Positions 1 through 13,209 of a stretch of 64,000 nt of DNA are shown in pieces. Under the pieces are notes generated by a model, which saw only the letters and a list, made by a program, of their open reading frames with translations, ran no database searches and was not told where the DNA came from. The DNA comes from Octopus vulgaris. Lineage: Eukaryota. The stretch covers positions 59,706,001-59,770,000 of the forward strand of contig OX597821.1 in NCBI GenBank assembly GCA_951406725.2. The letters run 5' to 3'. The stretch's first letter is position 1; the number at the start of each line of letters is the position of its first letter. Position numbers and translations under genes: made by a program.

Positions 1-417
1 ATTTTTGAAATTATTTTTTTTCCAATTTCTGTTTTAATGCTGCATATGTCTTGAATTTGAAAACCATCCTGGTGTTAAACTTGCTATTAATCTGTTTGAT
101 TCTGATAAAAGAAATATCTATACTATACTGCAGCCAAAATATTTTATTGTTCCACTCACCCTGATAATGAAAGTAGCTAAGAAAGAAATGTATTAATATT
201 AAATTATAATCCTATCATCATCACCTATCCTCATGTCTGTATCTCTTTCTTCATCACAAGAGCATGTCTGGTCAGGAGACTTTATGGGTCACTGCATAGC
301 ATCTAATAGGTTACTTCTGAAAAAGAGGCGGTGCTAACCATCACAACTGACTTTAGATTATTTAGCATGAACAATATCTATATTACACCTATTATTGTTC
401 TTCTCTATGAAGGTGAT

Positions 418-850
418 TATCATCATCGTCATCATCATTTAATGTCTGCTTTCCATGCTGGCACGAGTTGGATGGTTTGACTGAGGGCTGGCAAGCCAGA
501 AGGCCGCACCAGGCTCCAATCTGATCTGGCAAAGTTTCTACAACTGGATGCCCTTCCTAATGCCAACCATTCTGAGAGTGTAGTGGGTGCTTTTTACATG
601 CCACCAGCATGAGGGCCTGTCAGGTAGTACTGGCATCGACCATGCTTGGATGGTGCTTTTTATGTGCCACCAGCATGGGAGACAGTCAGGCGATACTGGC
701 ATCGACCATGCTTGAATGGTGCTTTTTACATGCCACCGGAATGGGAGCTAGTCAGGCAGCACTGGCAACAACCATGCTCAAATGGTGCTTTTTACGTGCC
801 ACTGGCATGGGACCAGTCAGCCGGCATTGGCATGGGACCTGTCAGCTGGC
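418..850 (-). mobile_element. 3' end of RTE-clade LINE with (GAT)n tail and internal ~60-bp tandem units
   Basis: catcatcatttaatgtctgctttccatgctggc... matches the 3' UTR that follows the RTE ORF at 24750-25720; repeated atggtgctttttacatgccacc units. Confidence 0.8.
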
Positions 851-859
851 ACTGGTGAA

Positions 860-1275
860 CAAGCAAAACTATCAAAGCGCTGGGAAAAATGCTTTGCAAT
901 ATTTGCTCCTATTCTTTACACTCTGAGTTCAAATCCTACTAAGATTAATTTCTCATCGTCTTGGGGTTAATAAAATAAATACCAATCAATTACTGGGGTA
1001 ATCAACTGACTCCCACCCCTCAAAAACTGCTGGCTGTGTGCTAATATTTGAAAGAATTAGGGTGACAAACTGATTGAATAGTTAGCAAACCAAATTAAAT
1101 GTTTAGCAACATTTTCGCCTACCTTTACATTCTGAGTTCAAATTCTGCCACGGTCAACTTTGCCTTTCATCCTTTCATGTTTGATAAAATAAGTACCAAT
1201 TAAGTACTGGCGTTGATATAATCAACTATACTGCACCCCTGAAATTGCTGGCCTTATGCCAAAATTTGAAACTGC
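860..1275 (+). mobile_element. Two degenerate tRNA-derived SINE copies (family B, Nin/Deu-like central domain)
   Basis: ttctgagttcaaattc B-box followed by ggtcaactttgcctttcatcctttc...aaaataagtacca; same family as 45210-45610 and 50595-51045. Confidence 0.7.
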
Positions 1276-1327
1276 CATTATTATTATCATCGTCCTCATC
1301 ATCATCATCATTATTATTATTATTATG

Positions 1328-1365
<38 letters not shown>

Positions 1366-2069
1366 CATCATCATCATCAGGGTGGTGAGCTGGCAGAATT
1401 TTTAGCATGCCAGATGGTATTTTATCTCTCGTTACGTTCTGAGTTCAAATTTCATAAACTTCAATATTAGCATATCACAGAAGCAAAATTCAAATATCCA
1501 AATAGCTTTCATATCATTAACTGGTCAATTGTAAAGTGGTGATGATATCTGCAGCTTGATACAGAGAACACAGCAAACAAAGAAACATATTTTGTCTTAG
1601 AACAGACAGACTTGCTTTTAGCAAGGTTTGAATCCACAATCGTATGATCAATACCAAGAAATCTCTTCTCACAGCCATTCACTTCTAAATCTAAAATTTC
1701 CAATAACTATAAATGTAATATTTTCTAAATTTAGTTGCTGAAAGATGAAATGTCATCACTGTGTGAATTTGAACTCAAAGAGCAAAGCCAGAAGAAAGGT
1801 CACTGAACATATTGACTGGCTTGCTAACAATTTTGCCAGCTTGCCTAATATTAATAATACTGCTAATAATAATTTTGCGGTAGGTGGTAAATCTATTCCA
1901 TTGATCTCAGTGCAGCACTGGTACTTATTTCTTTCACCCTGAAAAGATGAAAGGTGAAGTCAACCTCAGGAGGATTTGAACTCAGATTGTAAAACCAGAC
2001 AAAATGCTGCTAACAATTTTGCCCAGCTCAGAAACAATTCTGCCAGCTCATCTGATAAGAAAAAAAAAA

Positions 2070-2103
<34 letters not shown>

Positions 2104-2116
2104 GTGGTGGTGGTGG

Positions 2117-2165
<49 letters not shown>
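2070..2165. repeat. (AAT)n/(GGT)n/(GAT)n compound microsatellite
   Basis: direct reading. Confidence 0.95.
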
Positions 2166-2177
2166 GCAGCAGCAGCA

Positions 2178-2745
2178 GTACCATGCCCTGAGGCAGTACC
2201 AGGCAGTGGCTCTCGTGGCTTCTGGTCTTAACTGATTGGAAGTGTTATTATGTACATTGTTTTGTCTTGGTATAAAAGATGGGCTACAGCAAATATTCTG
2301 CTCAATACCACAGATTTGTTTGTCAGTTGTTTGACCTTAACCAGTTGAGCATGTCCCTTAGTGGTTCACGATGTGTGCATCTCTGATCACGAGCAGAAGT
2401 AGTGGGGGAGCATCATAGCCATGTGTTGAGAGGGATTCTTTGGGGTTTGAATAATTCACCTCTGGAAACATGGGTGTTTCGTTCAACATCCTTAAACAAC
2501 CCTTATTCAGGGACCTTTTGAGCAGGATGGGCTACTCGTCCAGAAGAAAATTCTAACTGGTCCCCACCTGCAACATCATGTGCTGCTTATCTTGATATGA
2601 GATCACCATGTCGTGCACATTTGGTTGTGATGCATGTGTCTAGTGTACCCTTATCCTACGGGTAGTCATGATGGGTATACTGGGCTTCGTATATTTTACC
2701 CCAATGTCACTTTGATGGCATGCACTGCTCTCTCACTCAATAATA

Positions 2746-2795
<50 letters not shown>
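2178..2795 (+). mobile_element. ~560-bp non-coding retroelement with (AAT)n tail, copy 1
   Basis: highly similar to 5078-5670; both start at cagtaccaggcagtggctctc and end ctctctcactc(aat)n. Confidence 0.75.
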
Positions 2796-2796
<1 letters not shown>

Positions 2797-2797
<1 letters not shown>

Positions 2798-3935
2798 GGA
2801 TGCTAAAACTCGTTGAAAAACATGAAAGACCGAAAAAAACTTCACTCTATTCTGAAAGAGAGCTAAAAATTCACTACTGATCTCTTAGATACCTACAAGA
2901 TTGATCAGGTTGAAGGAAATGCACCAACTGCTGCTGCAAAAAAAATAAAATTAATTACAAAGACAAAATCACATGAAAAATTAGCTAGCAGATGGGAACA
3001 GAAACCTCTGCATGGCAAGTATGTGGGCCATAGCAAACAAGCTGATGTCGACTAGAAACACACGCACCAATGGTTATGAAGCTCAGGGCTAAAAGCAGAG
3101 AGTGAAGGTTTCACATTAGCTGCTCAAAGCCAAAGCTTATTAACCCGGAACTACCAAGCCAATGTGTTAAAAAATGGAGCTAACCCAAAATGCTGATTCT
3201 GTAACGATGAGATTGAAACTATAGACCACCTAATCTCAGGGTGTAGAGTCTTAGCACCTGTAGAATACAAAGTAAGACATGACAGAATCGACCAGTACTT
3301 ACACTGGACAATATGTCGGCATTATAAAATCAAAACCGATGACAAATGGTATAAACACCATCTTGAAGCTGTGACTGAGGGAGAAAATGTGTCAATTCTC
3401 TGGGACTTCCCTGTACATACCGACAAAACTATAAAAGCTAATAAACTGGATATTATTATAAAAGATCAGACGAAAAAGGTGTATTTATTAATTGACATGA
3501 GTATTCCTTGCGATCACAATATAGCAGCGAAAGAATTTGACAAGATCAGTAAATATAAAGACTTGCTAATAGAAATTGAAAAAATGTGGCATCTCAAAGC
3601 GACTACAGTACCAGTGATTGTAGGACCTCTAGGAATGATAAAAAAAGGTACTGAAACCTTTTTGAAAATGATACCAGGCTTACCATCCCTACAGGAAGTG
3701 CAGAAAATCGTGTTAACTGGAATGACTCATGTACTGAGAAGAGCATTATTGCTGTGAAAACAACATCCATTCATAAATTTATTTAATTATTAATTTTTTA
3801 AATACATATTTTACTTGTGAATTTGCATGTGTAATCTGGGAACGCATGCAATGAGCTTCTCTGCCCTAGGTGTACGGAAAACACTCAGCAAGAAATGGAA
3901 GAAAATTTGAAGAAAGAAGGAAAAAATAATAATAA
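2797..3935 (+). mobile_element. 5'-truncated R4/Dong-like non-LTR retrotransposon (CCHC knuckle + restriction-like endonuclease), pseudogenised
   Basis: translation KPLHGKY...LKAESEGF.LAAQ.QSL.TRNY...C*FC...ETIDHLISGC..LA..EY..RHD...ILWDFPVHTDKTIKANKLDIII...LLIDMSIP...KISKYKDL; internal stops; flanked by (AAT)n. Confidence 0.85.
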
Positions 3936-4150
3936 TCCTTTCTACTATAGAGACAAGGCCTGAAATTTTGGGGGAGTGGGCCAGTCAGTTTGATTGATCC
4001 CAGCATGCAACTAGTACTTAATTTATCAACACCAAAAGGATGAAAAGCAAAGTCAACCTTGGGGGAATTTGAACTCAGAATGTAACGACAGATGAAATAC
4101 TACTAAGCATTTCACTCAGCCTGCTAACAATTCTGCCAGCTCGCTGCCTT
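3935..4150 (-). mobile_element. SINE family B copy
   Basis: reverse complement of ggcagcgagctggcagaattgttagc...ttctgagttcaaattcc. Confidence 0.8.
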
Positions 4151-4212
4151 AATAGTGATGATGATGGTGGTGGTGGTGGTGGTGGTAGTGGTGGTGATGA
4201 TAATGATGATGT

Positions 4213-4840
4213 GAAATTCTTGCATAGAAAGAGTACAAGCATAGGCACGACAAGGTAGCCCAAAACCTCCACTGGCTACTATGCTGTAAGTATGGATATG
4301 AGGTTGCAGGTGCTTGGTACCAACATACAGGTAATGGATAAAAAAGGGGACGACAAAAATCCTGTGGGACTTTGACTTCCAGACAGACAAGGGATTAGAG
4401 CACCAAAGGCCAGATATAGTAAACCTTTAGTTGGGACAAACAAGAGTGCCTAATAATTGATGTGGCAGTGCCAGGAGATCAACATACCACCATGAAAGAA
4501 AGAGAAAAGGTTGATAAATATGGAGAGCTGAGAATTGAGATTGCTAAAATGTGGCAGCTACGAGAGTCAAACATAAAGGTTATCCCTATTGTCATCGGAG
4601 CATTGGATTCAATACCACCCAATCTGCAAGAAACATTTGAAAACTTTAGAAATGCCCTACAATCTAGGTGTATTGCAAAAGTCAGCATTACTTGGAACTG
4701 CACACTTATTGCATAAAGTACTGTCTGTCTGAGGTCCTTGTAACTTGACAAACAGTACAAACCCCTGGTATGCACAATATCTTCAATCAACAACCTCACG
4801 ATATTGTATACTGTGTTACATCTATAATGATAATAATAAT
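4213..4840 (+). mobile_element. Second R4/Dong-like RLE fragment (different subfamily)
   Basis: YKHRHDKVA..LHW, KILWDFDFQTDK.LEHQRPDIV, LIIDVAVPGD...EREKVDKYGELRIEIAKMW...IPIVIGAL; (AAT)n tail. Confidence 0.8.
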
Positions 4841-4842
4841 AA

Positions 4843-5056
4843 TTCTTTCTATTGGAAGCACAAAGCCTCAAATTTGGGGGAAGGGATTAAGTCAATTACA
4901 TCAAACCCGGTGCATAACTGGTACATATTTAATTGACCCCAAAAGGATGACAGGCAGAGTCGACCTTGGCAGAATTTGAACTCAGAGCATAGCAGCAAAC
5001 GAAATACCGCTAAGTATTTCACTCAGCGTGCTAATGATTCTGCCAGCTCGCTACCT
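4843..5056 (-). mobile_element. SINE family B copy
   Basis: same motifs as 3935-4150. Confidence 0.8.
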
Positions 5057-5077
5057 TGATGATGATGATAATAATAA

Positions 5078-5670
5078 GTACCAGGCAGTGGCTCTCACCT
5101 GATGCAGTACCAGGCAGTGGCTCTCATGGCTTAACTGATTGGAAGTGTTATCATGTACATTGTTTTGTCTTGGTATAAAAGATGGGCTACAGCAAATATT
5201 CTGCTCAATACCACAGATTTGCTTGTCAGTTGTTTGACCATAACCATTTGAGCATGTCCCTTAGTGGCTAATGATATGTGCATCTCTGATCATGAGCAGA
5301 AGTAGTGGGGAGGCATCATAGCCATGTGTTGAGAGGGATTCTTAGGGGTTTGAATAATTCACCTCTGGAAACATGGGTGTTTCGTTCAACATCCTTAAAC
5401 AACCCTTATTTAGGGACCTTTTGAGCAGGATGGGCTACTCGACCAGAAGAAAATTCTAACTGGGCCCCACTTGCAGGGTCATGCACTGTTTATCTTGATA
5501 TGAGATCACCATGATGGGCACATATGATTGTGATGCATGTGCCTGGTGTACCCTTATCAGACGAGTAGTCATGATGGGTATACTGGGCTTCATATATTTT
5601 ACCCCAGTGTCACTTTGATGGCATGCATTGCTCTCTCACTCAATAATAATAATAATAATAATAATAATAA
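5078..5670 (+). mobile_element. ~560-bp non-coding retroelement with (AAT)n tail, copy 2
   Basis: paralogue of 2178-2795. Confidence 0.75.
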
Positions 5671-7764
5671 CGATTTCAAACTTTGGCGCAAGGCCAGAAA
5701 TAAGAAAAATAATAATATATATATTATGTTATTTTGCTTAGGCAACCCATGCTAGCAGGGAAAGCGGACGTTAAATGATGATCACGATGATGATGATGCT
5801 AATAACCTGGTGTTACACTATCTCACACTGTGTATGTGTGTGTCTGTGCGTGTGTGCATGTGGCTTTGCCTCTGTGTTTGGCTACCGCTTGACAGTTGGT
5901 GTCAGTGTGTTATCTAGCGGTTCGACATAAGAGACCGAAAGAATAAGTATCAGGCTTTAAGAAAAAAGGTACTGGCCTCGATTTGTTTCCCTAAAATTCC
6001 TTGAAGCGATTCGCCAGCATGGCTACAGTCTAATGACCGAAACAAATAATAGATAATATGCATGTGTTTGCGTGTGCATGCGTGCGTGCGTGAGTATGGG
6101 TGTGTATTCAGAGCTGATAAATAAAAATGATCACTTAGGAAGTTATCTCCCATAGTAACTTATCCCATGTGCAATTTCTGTCCCATGCTTTATTCTTTAC
6201 TTTCTAATAGTTGCTTCCCTTGGTTATATTAGTATTTTGAAGATAAATCATATTTTTTCACTATTTTCTTTTAGTTTTATTAATCATACTTCTAGATATT
6301 TCTTGTATCTTTTCTACACATATACAAGAGCGACCATTTTCGTCCGGAAAAATTGTTTTTTAAAACTACGTACAATCTGAAAGATTCTGTATCTTGTGTC
6401 AAGTGAAGACCAATACAAATGGCAATGGAAAACAGAAGTTTAACCTTGTTCTGAATCGAAAGACGGCTGTTTCCAGCTTAAAATACCAGAAATAAATTTT
6501 GCCAAATATTTATTTTAAGCATCTCTCTCAATGCAAGACAGTGCACATTCAACTACAAGGGAGAAAACTCGTACATCGACTTCATGCCCATATAGCGCGC
6601 TGAAGATTAAAAAATATCTGATTATATATCTGGAATCCTCTCAAAAAATTATGGGAAAATAGTATATTGTTTGGAAACAGTTGAGGGTTGTTTACTGGAA
6701 AGGCATCCATCCATAGAAAGTCTGCCTCAGTAAATTCTATCTAACCCATGTAAACATAGCAAAGTGAACATTAAAATGCTACTGCCACTACTACTGCTAT
6801 TGATGATGATAGCAGTAATTTGTTGATTGTATAGTGAAACAATGCAGGAATCAATGAAACAGGGGCTTGGATGTAGTAAATGTATATGTGAGGTGATTTC
6901 ATTGATATTTTTGCAAACCATCTAAGATCAATGGTTAATATTTAATTTGAATTTCTGTACGTTTATGCCCCTCCCTGGAGAAAACCTGATCAGAAGGATG
7001 GCTTCCAAAGAGATGCAAATCCAGGAAGGTGTAGAAGGACCTATGTATTTAGAAAAAAAAATGTGAGAATCTGATTAATGTACAGAAAGAACTATGTGAA
7101 AAACAAAAAACACGTTTGCGGTGCCTCAGAAATGCTAGAATGTGGGACAAAAAGAGCCCTGTTGATGGTTTTTTTTATGATGCAGTGGACTGACAAAATT
7201 TCTAATCTAATGAATAACAGATGGAGTAAACCCATGGGTGGGCTACAGTAGATGCTTATCTTAGATACAGTTGATGGTTTTGTTGATAACAAAAGCAAGA
7301 ACTTTGCTTTCAGCTAATTTCTGATGGGTAGGAAACTACTGCTGCATGACATAAGACAGCAGATGTCCAATTGATCTGATTTTACTGAAACGATGCTGAT
7401 GGTCTGTGAGAAGAGAAAGAAACTTAAAGTAATTTACCAGTTACTTTATATTGTAGCTGGTAAATTGTAAACTAGTAACTTAGAGAGATTTCCAATTGGC
7501 CAATTTGCAAATCACTTTATGCATGGATAAGGAAGTGTTTAGCTTGATGCTGAACAAATAAAATTCTTTACTAAGTTTAAATTCCAAAATTGCACTGATA
7601 GAAACAATGAAATTTAAACTTTTTCATCAACATATTTCTATTGAAATGCACTGGATTTATTACAATGAATTTTTTTAAAGTTCTGGCATTATTACAATGG
7701 TATTTGGGAATTTAATTAGCATGAACTTTTTAATGGAGACTTTTAATTTTGATTGCTCTTTTAC

Positions 7765-7964
7765 TCTTTTACTTGTTTCAGTCATTTGACTGCAGCCACA
7801 CTGGAGCACCGTCTTTTGGTCGAGCAAATCAACCCCAGGACTTATTTTTTGTAAGCCTAGCACATATTCTTTCGGTCTCTTTTGACGAACTGCTAAGTTA
7901 TGGAGACATAAACACACCAGCATCAGTTGTCAAGCAATGTTGGGGGACAAACACAGACACACAA

Positions 7965-7999
<35 letters not shown>

Positions 8000-8155
8000 G
8001 ATGGGCTTCTTTCAATTTCCGTCTACCAAATCCACTCACAAGGCTTTGGTCGGCCCAAGGCTATGGTAGAAGACACTTGCCCATGGTGCCAAGCAGTGGG
8101 ACTGAACCCGGAATCATGTGGTTGGTAAGCAAGCTACTTACCACACAGCAACTCC
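7765..8155 (-). mobile_element. tRNA-derived SINE family A copy
   Basis: reverse complement of gctgtgtggtaagtagcttgc...ccgggttcagtcccactg...; internal (CA)n; 3' end ccagtgtggctgcagtcaaatgactgaaacaag. Confidence 0.85.
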
Positions 8156-8157
8156 AA

Positions 8158-8374
8158 CCTTTTAGCATACAGAATTCTCTGTCAAATGTAATGCTTATTA
8201 ATTCACATTGTTTTGAATTAATCATGTATTATCTTTGAGATTTCAATGATGTGATTGTTTGTTTTTATAACAACATTGTAAGGTAGGTATAAGAAACTAA
8301 ATCTGGCTGCTTTGAACACAATACGGGTAGAATATGTTGGCAGTATATGGCCAGTTTGATTGCTAAAGAGTTAA
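8158..8374. mobile_element. TTAA-type (piggyBac-like) MITE
   Basis: termini ccttttagca ... tgctaaagag-ttaa; opposite-orientation relative at 13210-13397. Confidence 0.65.
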
Positions 8375-8569
8375 ATTGGAAGTTTGTGTCAAATAACCAG
8401 AGGTGACCTCAGGCAATTAGTATACAATTGGAGTATTATATAAGAAAAAGAAGATAGTGTAATCTGATCATTTGTGTATATGTTTGTGTGCTTCAGGTTT
8501 ATCCAAATTTAGTAAAAAAAAAAAAAATAAAATAAAAATATTAGAAAAACTTTGTGCTATAAAAATAAA

Positions 8570-8945
8570 AGAAACTAATAAGGAAAAAGAAGGCATCGGA
8601 GGGGCGATGCATACCCTGCCCGCACACAAGGATAAAATTAAATTAAATGGAATAAATATATTCCTACGAATTCATGTCAACAAAATGACATCAAGAGTTA
8701 TTTACCCTGCTTACCGTTTATACATATGTAACAAAGAAAAAAAACCCATTTTGATTCACCCGTCCGCCAGTTTTGAAGATAATCAATCCAAAATAATGAG
8801 TTCGAGCCACTCACCCAACGTGTATGTCTGCCAAATTCGGTGAAAATCCGTTCGGCCGTTTTTCCAGTAAGTTTGCTAACACACACACACACAAAGATGA
8901 GTATTTACAATACCCTGCTTTCACTTACACACACAGGGTAATAAG
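8570..8945 (-). mobile_element. Helentron/HINE-like non-autonomous element
   Basis: subterminal ataccctgc repeats, hairpin gcatcggaggggcgatgc, caaattcggtgaaaatccg motif and (AC)n near the end. Confidence 0.45.
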
Positions 8946-9104
8946 AACAGGGATTAGTATAAATAACACACAGAGAGGCATTATAGCCACAATGCATAGG
9001 TGGAAGAACAACTGGGTCCTTTAAATAAATGCTGGATAATTTTGTTTCTTCCATCTTGTTTTATTTGCTTATTATACACCCCATGAGGAAAAGATTATTG
9101 TTTC

Positions 9105-9304
9105 TACAGGATGTCCTTTACAACCTGAAACATTGGGATAACTGAACAGATTACATGCAGCCAATGGAGACCATGAGGAAGTGTTCTAATATTTCTAATA
9201 AAACTTTGTTTCTCAATGTTTTCCCATAAACTCTGCTGAGTTATCTTCATTTTTTTTTTTTCTGAATTTTTCAAATTGTAAAGGTAATTTATGGACACCC
9301 TGTA
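9105..9304. mobile_element. Tc1/mariner-type MITE
   Basis: termini tacaggatgtcc ... ggacaccctgta with TA target. Confidence 0.5.
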
Positions 9305-9349
9305 CATCCCCAGATTTTCTGTTGTGCATTGTCCATTTGAATTATATAA

Positions 9350-9875
9350 ATAATAATAATAATAATAATAATAATTGTGTACAGTGCTCAGGTGCACTAC
9401 AACTCATCTAAAGTGTATATATAATCAGGTGTAGTTTCGGCGGATTTCGGAAAGCATAAGGGCCTTAAAGGATGCAGTGTCATGGCAGTCAACAACTGAC
9501 GCAGGCAGTTTATTCCATGCTTCAGCAACTCTGAGAAAAAATGTTTCCGAAAGTCATGGGAGCTGTGTTGTTTTCTGACTTTGTAGGCATGTCCACGTGT
9601 GTTAGACACATGGAGATCAAAAAGGTGTTCAGTGTTGTTGTTGGTGAGGTGGTTGATAACTTTGTGGGTGTTTACCAAGTCCGTCGCCAGACACCGGAGC
9701 TTCAGTGAATCCATGCCCAGGGAAACAAGGCGCTCAGAATATGGTAGGTGTCTGATGGAGGGTATGCGTTTGGTTGCACGTCTCTGGACAGATTCCAGGA
9801 GGTCAATGTTCTGAGCAAGACAGGGGTTCCAAACTGATGATGCGAATTCCAAGTGTGGTCGTACCATAGCTGTAT
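9350..9875 (-). mobile_element. CR1-like LINE 3' fragment (ORF2 C-terminus)
   Basis: VRPHLEFASSVWNP...LLESVQRRATKRI...YSERL..LG..SL..R...TRGH.YK; (TTA)n tail. Confidence 0.85.
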
Positions 9876-9979
9876 GGTACGACCATGTTGGAATTTAATT
9901 AAGTATGCAACCCGATATCTGAGTTCTTGTCTGGAATGCTTTTGGTTGGTTCTGCTCAGTTCTTTCAATACAATTCTTA

Positions 9980-10565
9980 TATCGTCGTCGGCGTCCTCAT
10001 CATTTAACATTTGTGTTCCATGCTGGCAAGGGTAACACGGTTTTTCTGGAGCTGATAAACCAAAGAGCTGCCCCAGGCTCCAGACTGTTTTGGCTTGGTT
10101 TCCACAGTTGGCTATCCTTCCTAATGCCAACCATTCCAAGAGTGTACTTGCATGTCTTTTACATGTCGCTGTCACTAACATGACCATGATTTTACATAGT
10201 TTGATGTGTCTTCTCAAGCACAGCAAATTGCCAGATCTGTCATTGCCTCCATGACACTCAACAACCAAAGATCATATTTCAAAACTTCATCCCATATTTT
10301 CCTAGGTCTTCCTCTTCCACAGGTTCCCTCAACAATTAGAGATTGGCACATCTTTATGCAGCTGTCCTCGTCAATATATAACACATGACCGTACCAGCTC
10401 AGTCTTCTCTCTTGCACACTACATCTGATGCCTCTTATGTCCAGTTTTTCTCTTAAGACCCTTACACTCTGTTATACATGTACACTGATATTGCAGATCC
10501 AGCAGAGCTTGCTAACTTAATTTCTTTCAAGCATTCACATGTCCTCTGCAGTCACAGCTTATGTT
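9980..10565 (-). mobile_element. RTE LINE 3' fragment
   Basis: QERRLSWYGHVLYIDEDSCIKMCQSLIVEGTCGRGRPRKIWDEV; (GAT/GAC) tail. Confidence 0.8.
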
Positions 10566-11159
10566 TATATCAAGTATCTTATATCAAATATATTATTATA
10601 TAGAGATTATCATTTTTATGTCTTACTTTTCAAGCTGTGGGTTTGATAGGAATTTTTGAGACAACTATTTCGTGGGCAATGATATGATATACCTATTTTA
10701 AGAACAAAAATGCAAAAGGCATTGTATGTATATATGCATGCATGTGTGTATGTCCTTATTCAGTTTTATTTCAAGATTTCAATAGAGGAAGAGCCAGTTT
10801 CTAGCCTACATTCAAGGGCCCTTCATTTGAATTTCAACATCAACAACAAGTTATTTTTGTGTGTATGTATGTTTGTATACACGCAAATTTGTATGTTTTG
10901 TTTTATGTACGTCTTCTCATGCATATACTTGCCTATCCAGACATACTCATACATATTTAAATGATAAACTTCTGGAAAGATTTACACTTTTTACAGTTCC
11001 TGTGTTGGCTTGGATCTGTAGTCTTCAAATCAGCTTTCTCCTTTCTGGTCTTGAGAAACCTAATTTCTCAAGATTGGTATTTAGGCAGCATCCCAATAAT
11101 TACAGGTATAAACCTGAACTTGTAATCTGGATACAGTAACTGTAGATTTCTCAATAGTT

Positions 11160-11412
11160 CAGCATAGATATTCTCTTTTTCACTGATCTTCAGCTTTATG
11201 TTAAAATTTGCTGGACAGCTGATTTACACAACTGTTCACAGTTTCTCTTCTCTATCCCAAATCATTATATCAGGTCTGTTGTGCTTACATTTTATTGAGG
11301 TTTTCACTGGGACATTCCACCAGTATTCCTTTTTTGAGTGGCTATGGCTTCTACCATTGTCTTCAGGGTTATCCTTTGGACAGATTTCATTATATAGTAT
11401 TCTAGCTACAAC
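11160..11412 (-). mobile_element. R4/Dong-like RLE fragment
   Basis: HDVVARILYNEI...EYWWNVPVKTSIKCKHNRPDIMIWDREEKL. Confidence 0.7.
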
Positions 11413-13209
11413 ATCATGTGTGTGTGTGTACACGTGTGTGTGTGTGTGTGTTTGTATGATATATGTTGAAGTAATTATTTGTGTGTGTAGGTCTGTGTGC
11501 CTCTGAGTAGCTGTGTGTGCTTCTGTATGTGTGCCTCTGCATGTATGTGTGTATGAGGGTGTGTACACACCTATATCTCCAGTTGTTCTATGCAAAGGCT
11601 TAGTTATTTGCAAAGAAACAGGTGCGGCTGCGAATGTCACTTTTAAAATCAACAAGAATCTATGTAATTTTCAAAATTTATTAATGTCACTCTACCATAG
11701 AAAATCCACTCTTTATTATTAGCATTAATGTAATGTACTTCGTGATGACAAAGCAGAAATAGGAAGTTATATAGTATAAACTCAAGGCCAACCCTATTTT
11801 TAAAATCACACTGGTTTAATAACCAACAAGAAAATTATAGACCAGGATTTAGATATAGGAGTCTCAGCTGACTAAATATAAAAATCCCATCGACCAAGAC
11901 ATATTTGATCAATAAGGTGAAACTCTTCTCAGTATAAATATGTCATTTTATGAAATTATTCCGCATGAAAGCCTTATTATCCATTGCACTATTTTTAATT
12001 AAGCAAACTCAAACCTGCTCAACCATAACTGTAATTTCATTAACAAAGAAATATATCTATACTACAAGTATATTAGTGAGTACAACTTTAACAGCCATAT
12101 TATACTGACTGATATTTTAAGAAATGCTGAAATGTATATGGTATACTAAAATCATGGGCAAACTGCAATCTGTAATACTTTTTGAAAGGCATGCTTAATG
12201 AAAAATTACCTTGAATTTTTTTTAGTAGGATGATCTGTGTGATGATGAGTCATGTCTTATGTGGCCCACTTCCCAAAATATATTGACCACGCCTGATTTA
12301 AATGACAGAAAAGCTCTGGTTGCCCTTCCTAAAGCCTACCACTTTCCAGAGAATACTGGGTGCATTTTATGTGGAACACATACATGCATGCACATATTTC
12401 TACATCTACATTCATCATCACCATTATTGAACATTTCTTTTTTCCATGCTGGAATGGGTTGGACAGTTTGGTAGGATTGGGCTGGCCACAGGGTTATGCT
12501 GAACTCCAGTGTCAGCTTTGGCATGGTTTCTACAGCTGGATGCCCTTTCCAAACACCAACCACTTTGCAGTGTGTACTAGAGAGGCTGCCAGGTAACATG
12601 CAAGACAGGAAGAGAGAATAGGGAAGAAGCAAAAAGCTCCCACTACTAAATAAGGGGGAATATTCAAGGTAGGGACATGGCTTTATGCCAAGACCAATGT
12701 ATGATAGAGAGACAAGCATAGGTACCTGTCTACAGAGGGGCCATATGGCTGTCACACATTATATAGGGGTGAGCTGCAGTAGTCAGGAGGGAATAAAGAT
12801 GATAGTGATGCATTGCAAGAGCAAACTCTCAGGAAACAGGAAGATGAGTATAAGAGAGGATACAGATGGTTAGAAATGGGGGTAGGGAATAGAAAAGGTA
12901 TGGTTGATGGAATATAGCACTCAACACTTATAATTGGAGTTGTATTTATTGAGTAATATGTTGACTCAGTACCTCTTGTTTTTTAAAGCTTTGTGAATTT
13001 AAAAACACAACCAGCTCCTCACACACTCAGAAGTAAAGTGAAGGGAAAAAAACAAAATGATTTCTTTATTATAGAGAAATTTAACTTCCATCGGTCAGTT
13101 TGGGTCAAATTGTGGCAATAAACCAGTGACAACCAATCAAGCACTTTGTGGTTATTAGTGTTGTTTAATCATTGAAGTATTGGGGTTTACATGTTGGAAA
13201 CATCACTGC

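Noticed and set aside
590-830. CRISPR-like regularly spaced repeats (also 59810-60050)
   Set aside because: Spacers resemble each other, the array is internal to a eukaryotic LINE 3' UTR, and there are no cas genes
1509-1703. Minus-strand ORF in unique sequence as a coding exon
   Set aside because: No recognisable homology and no good donor site
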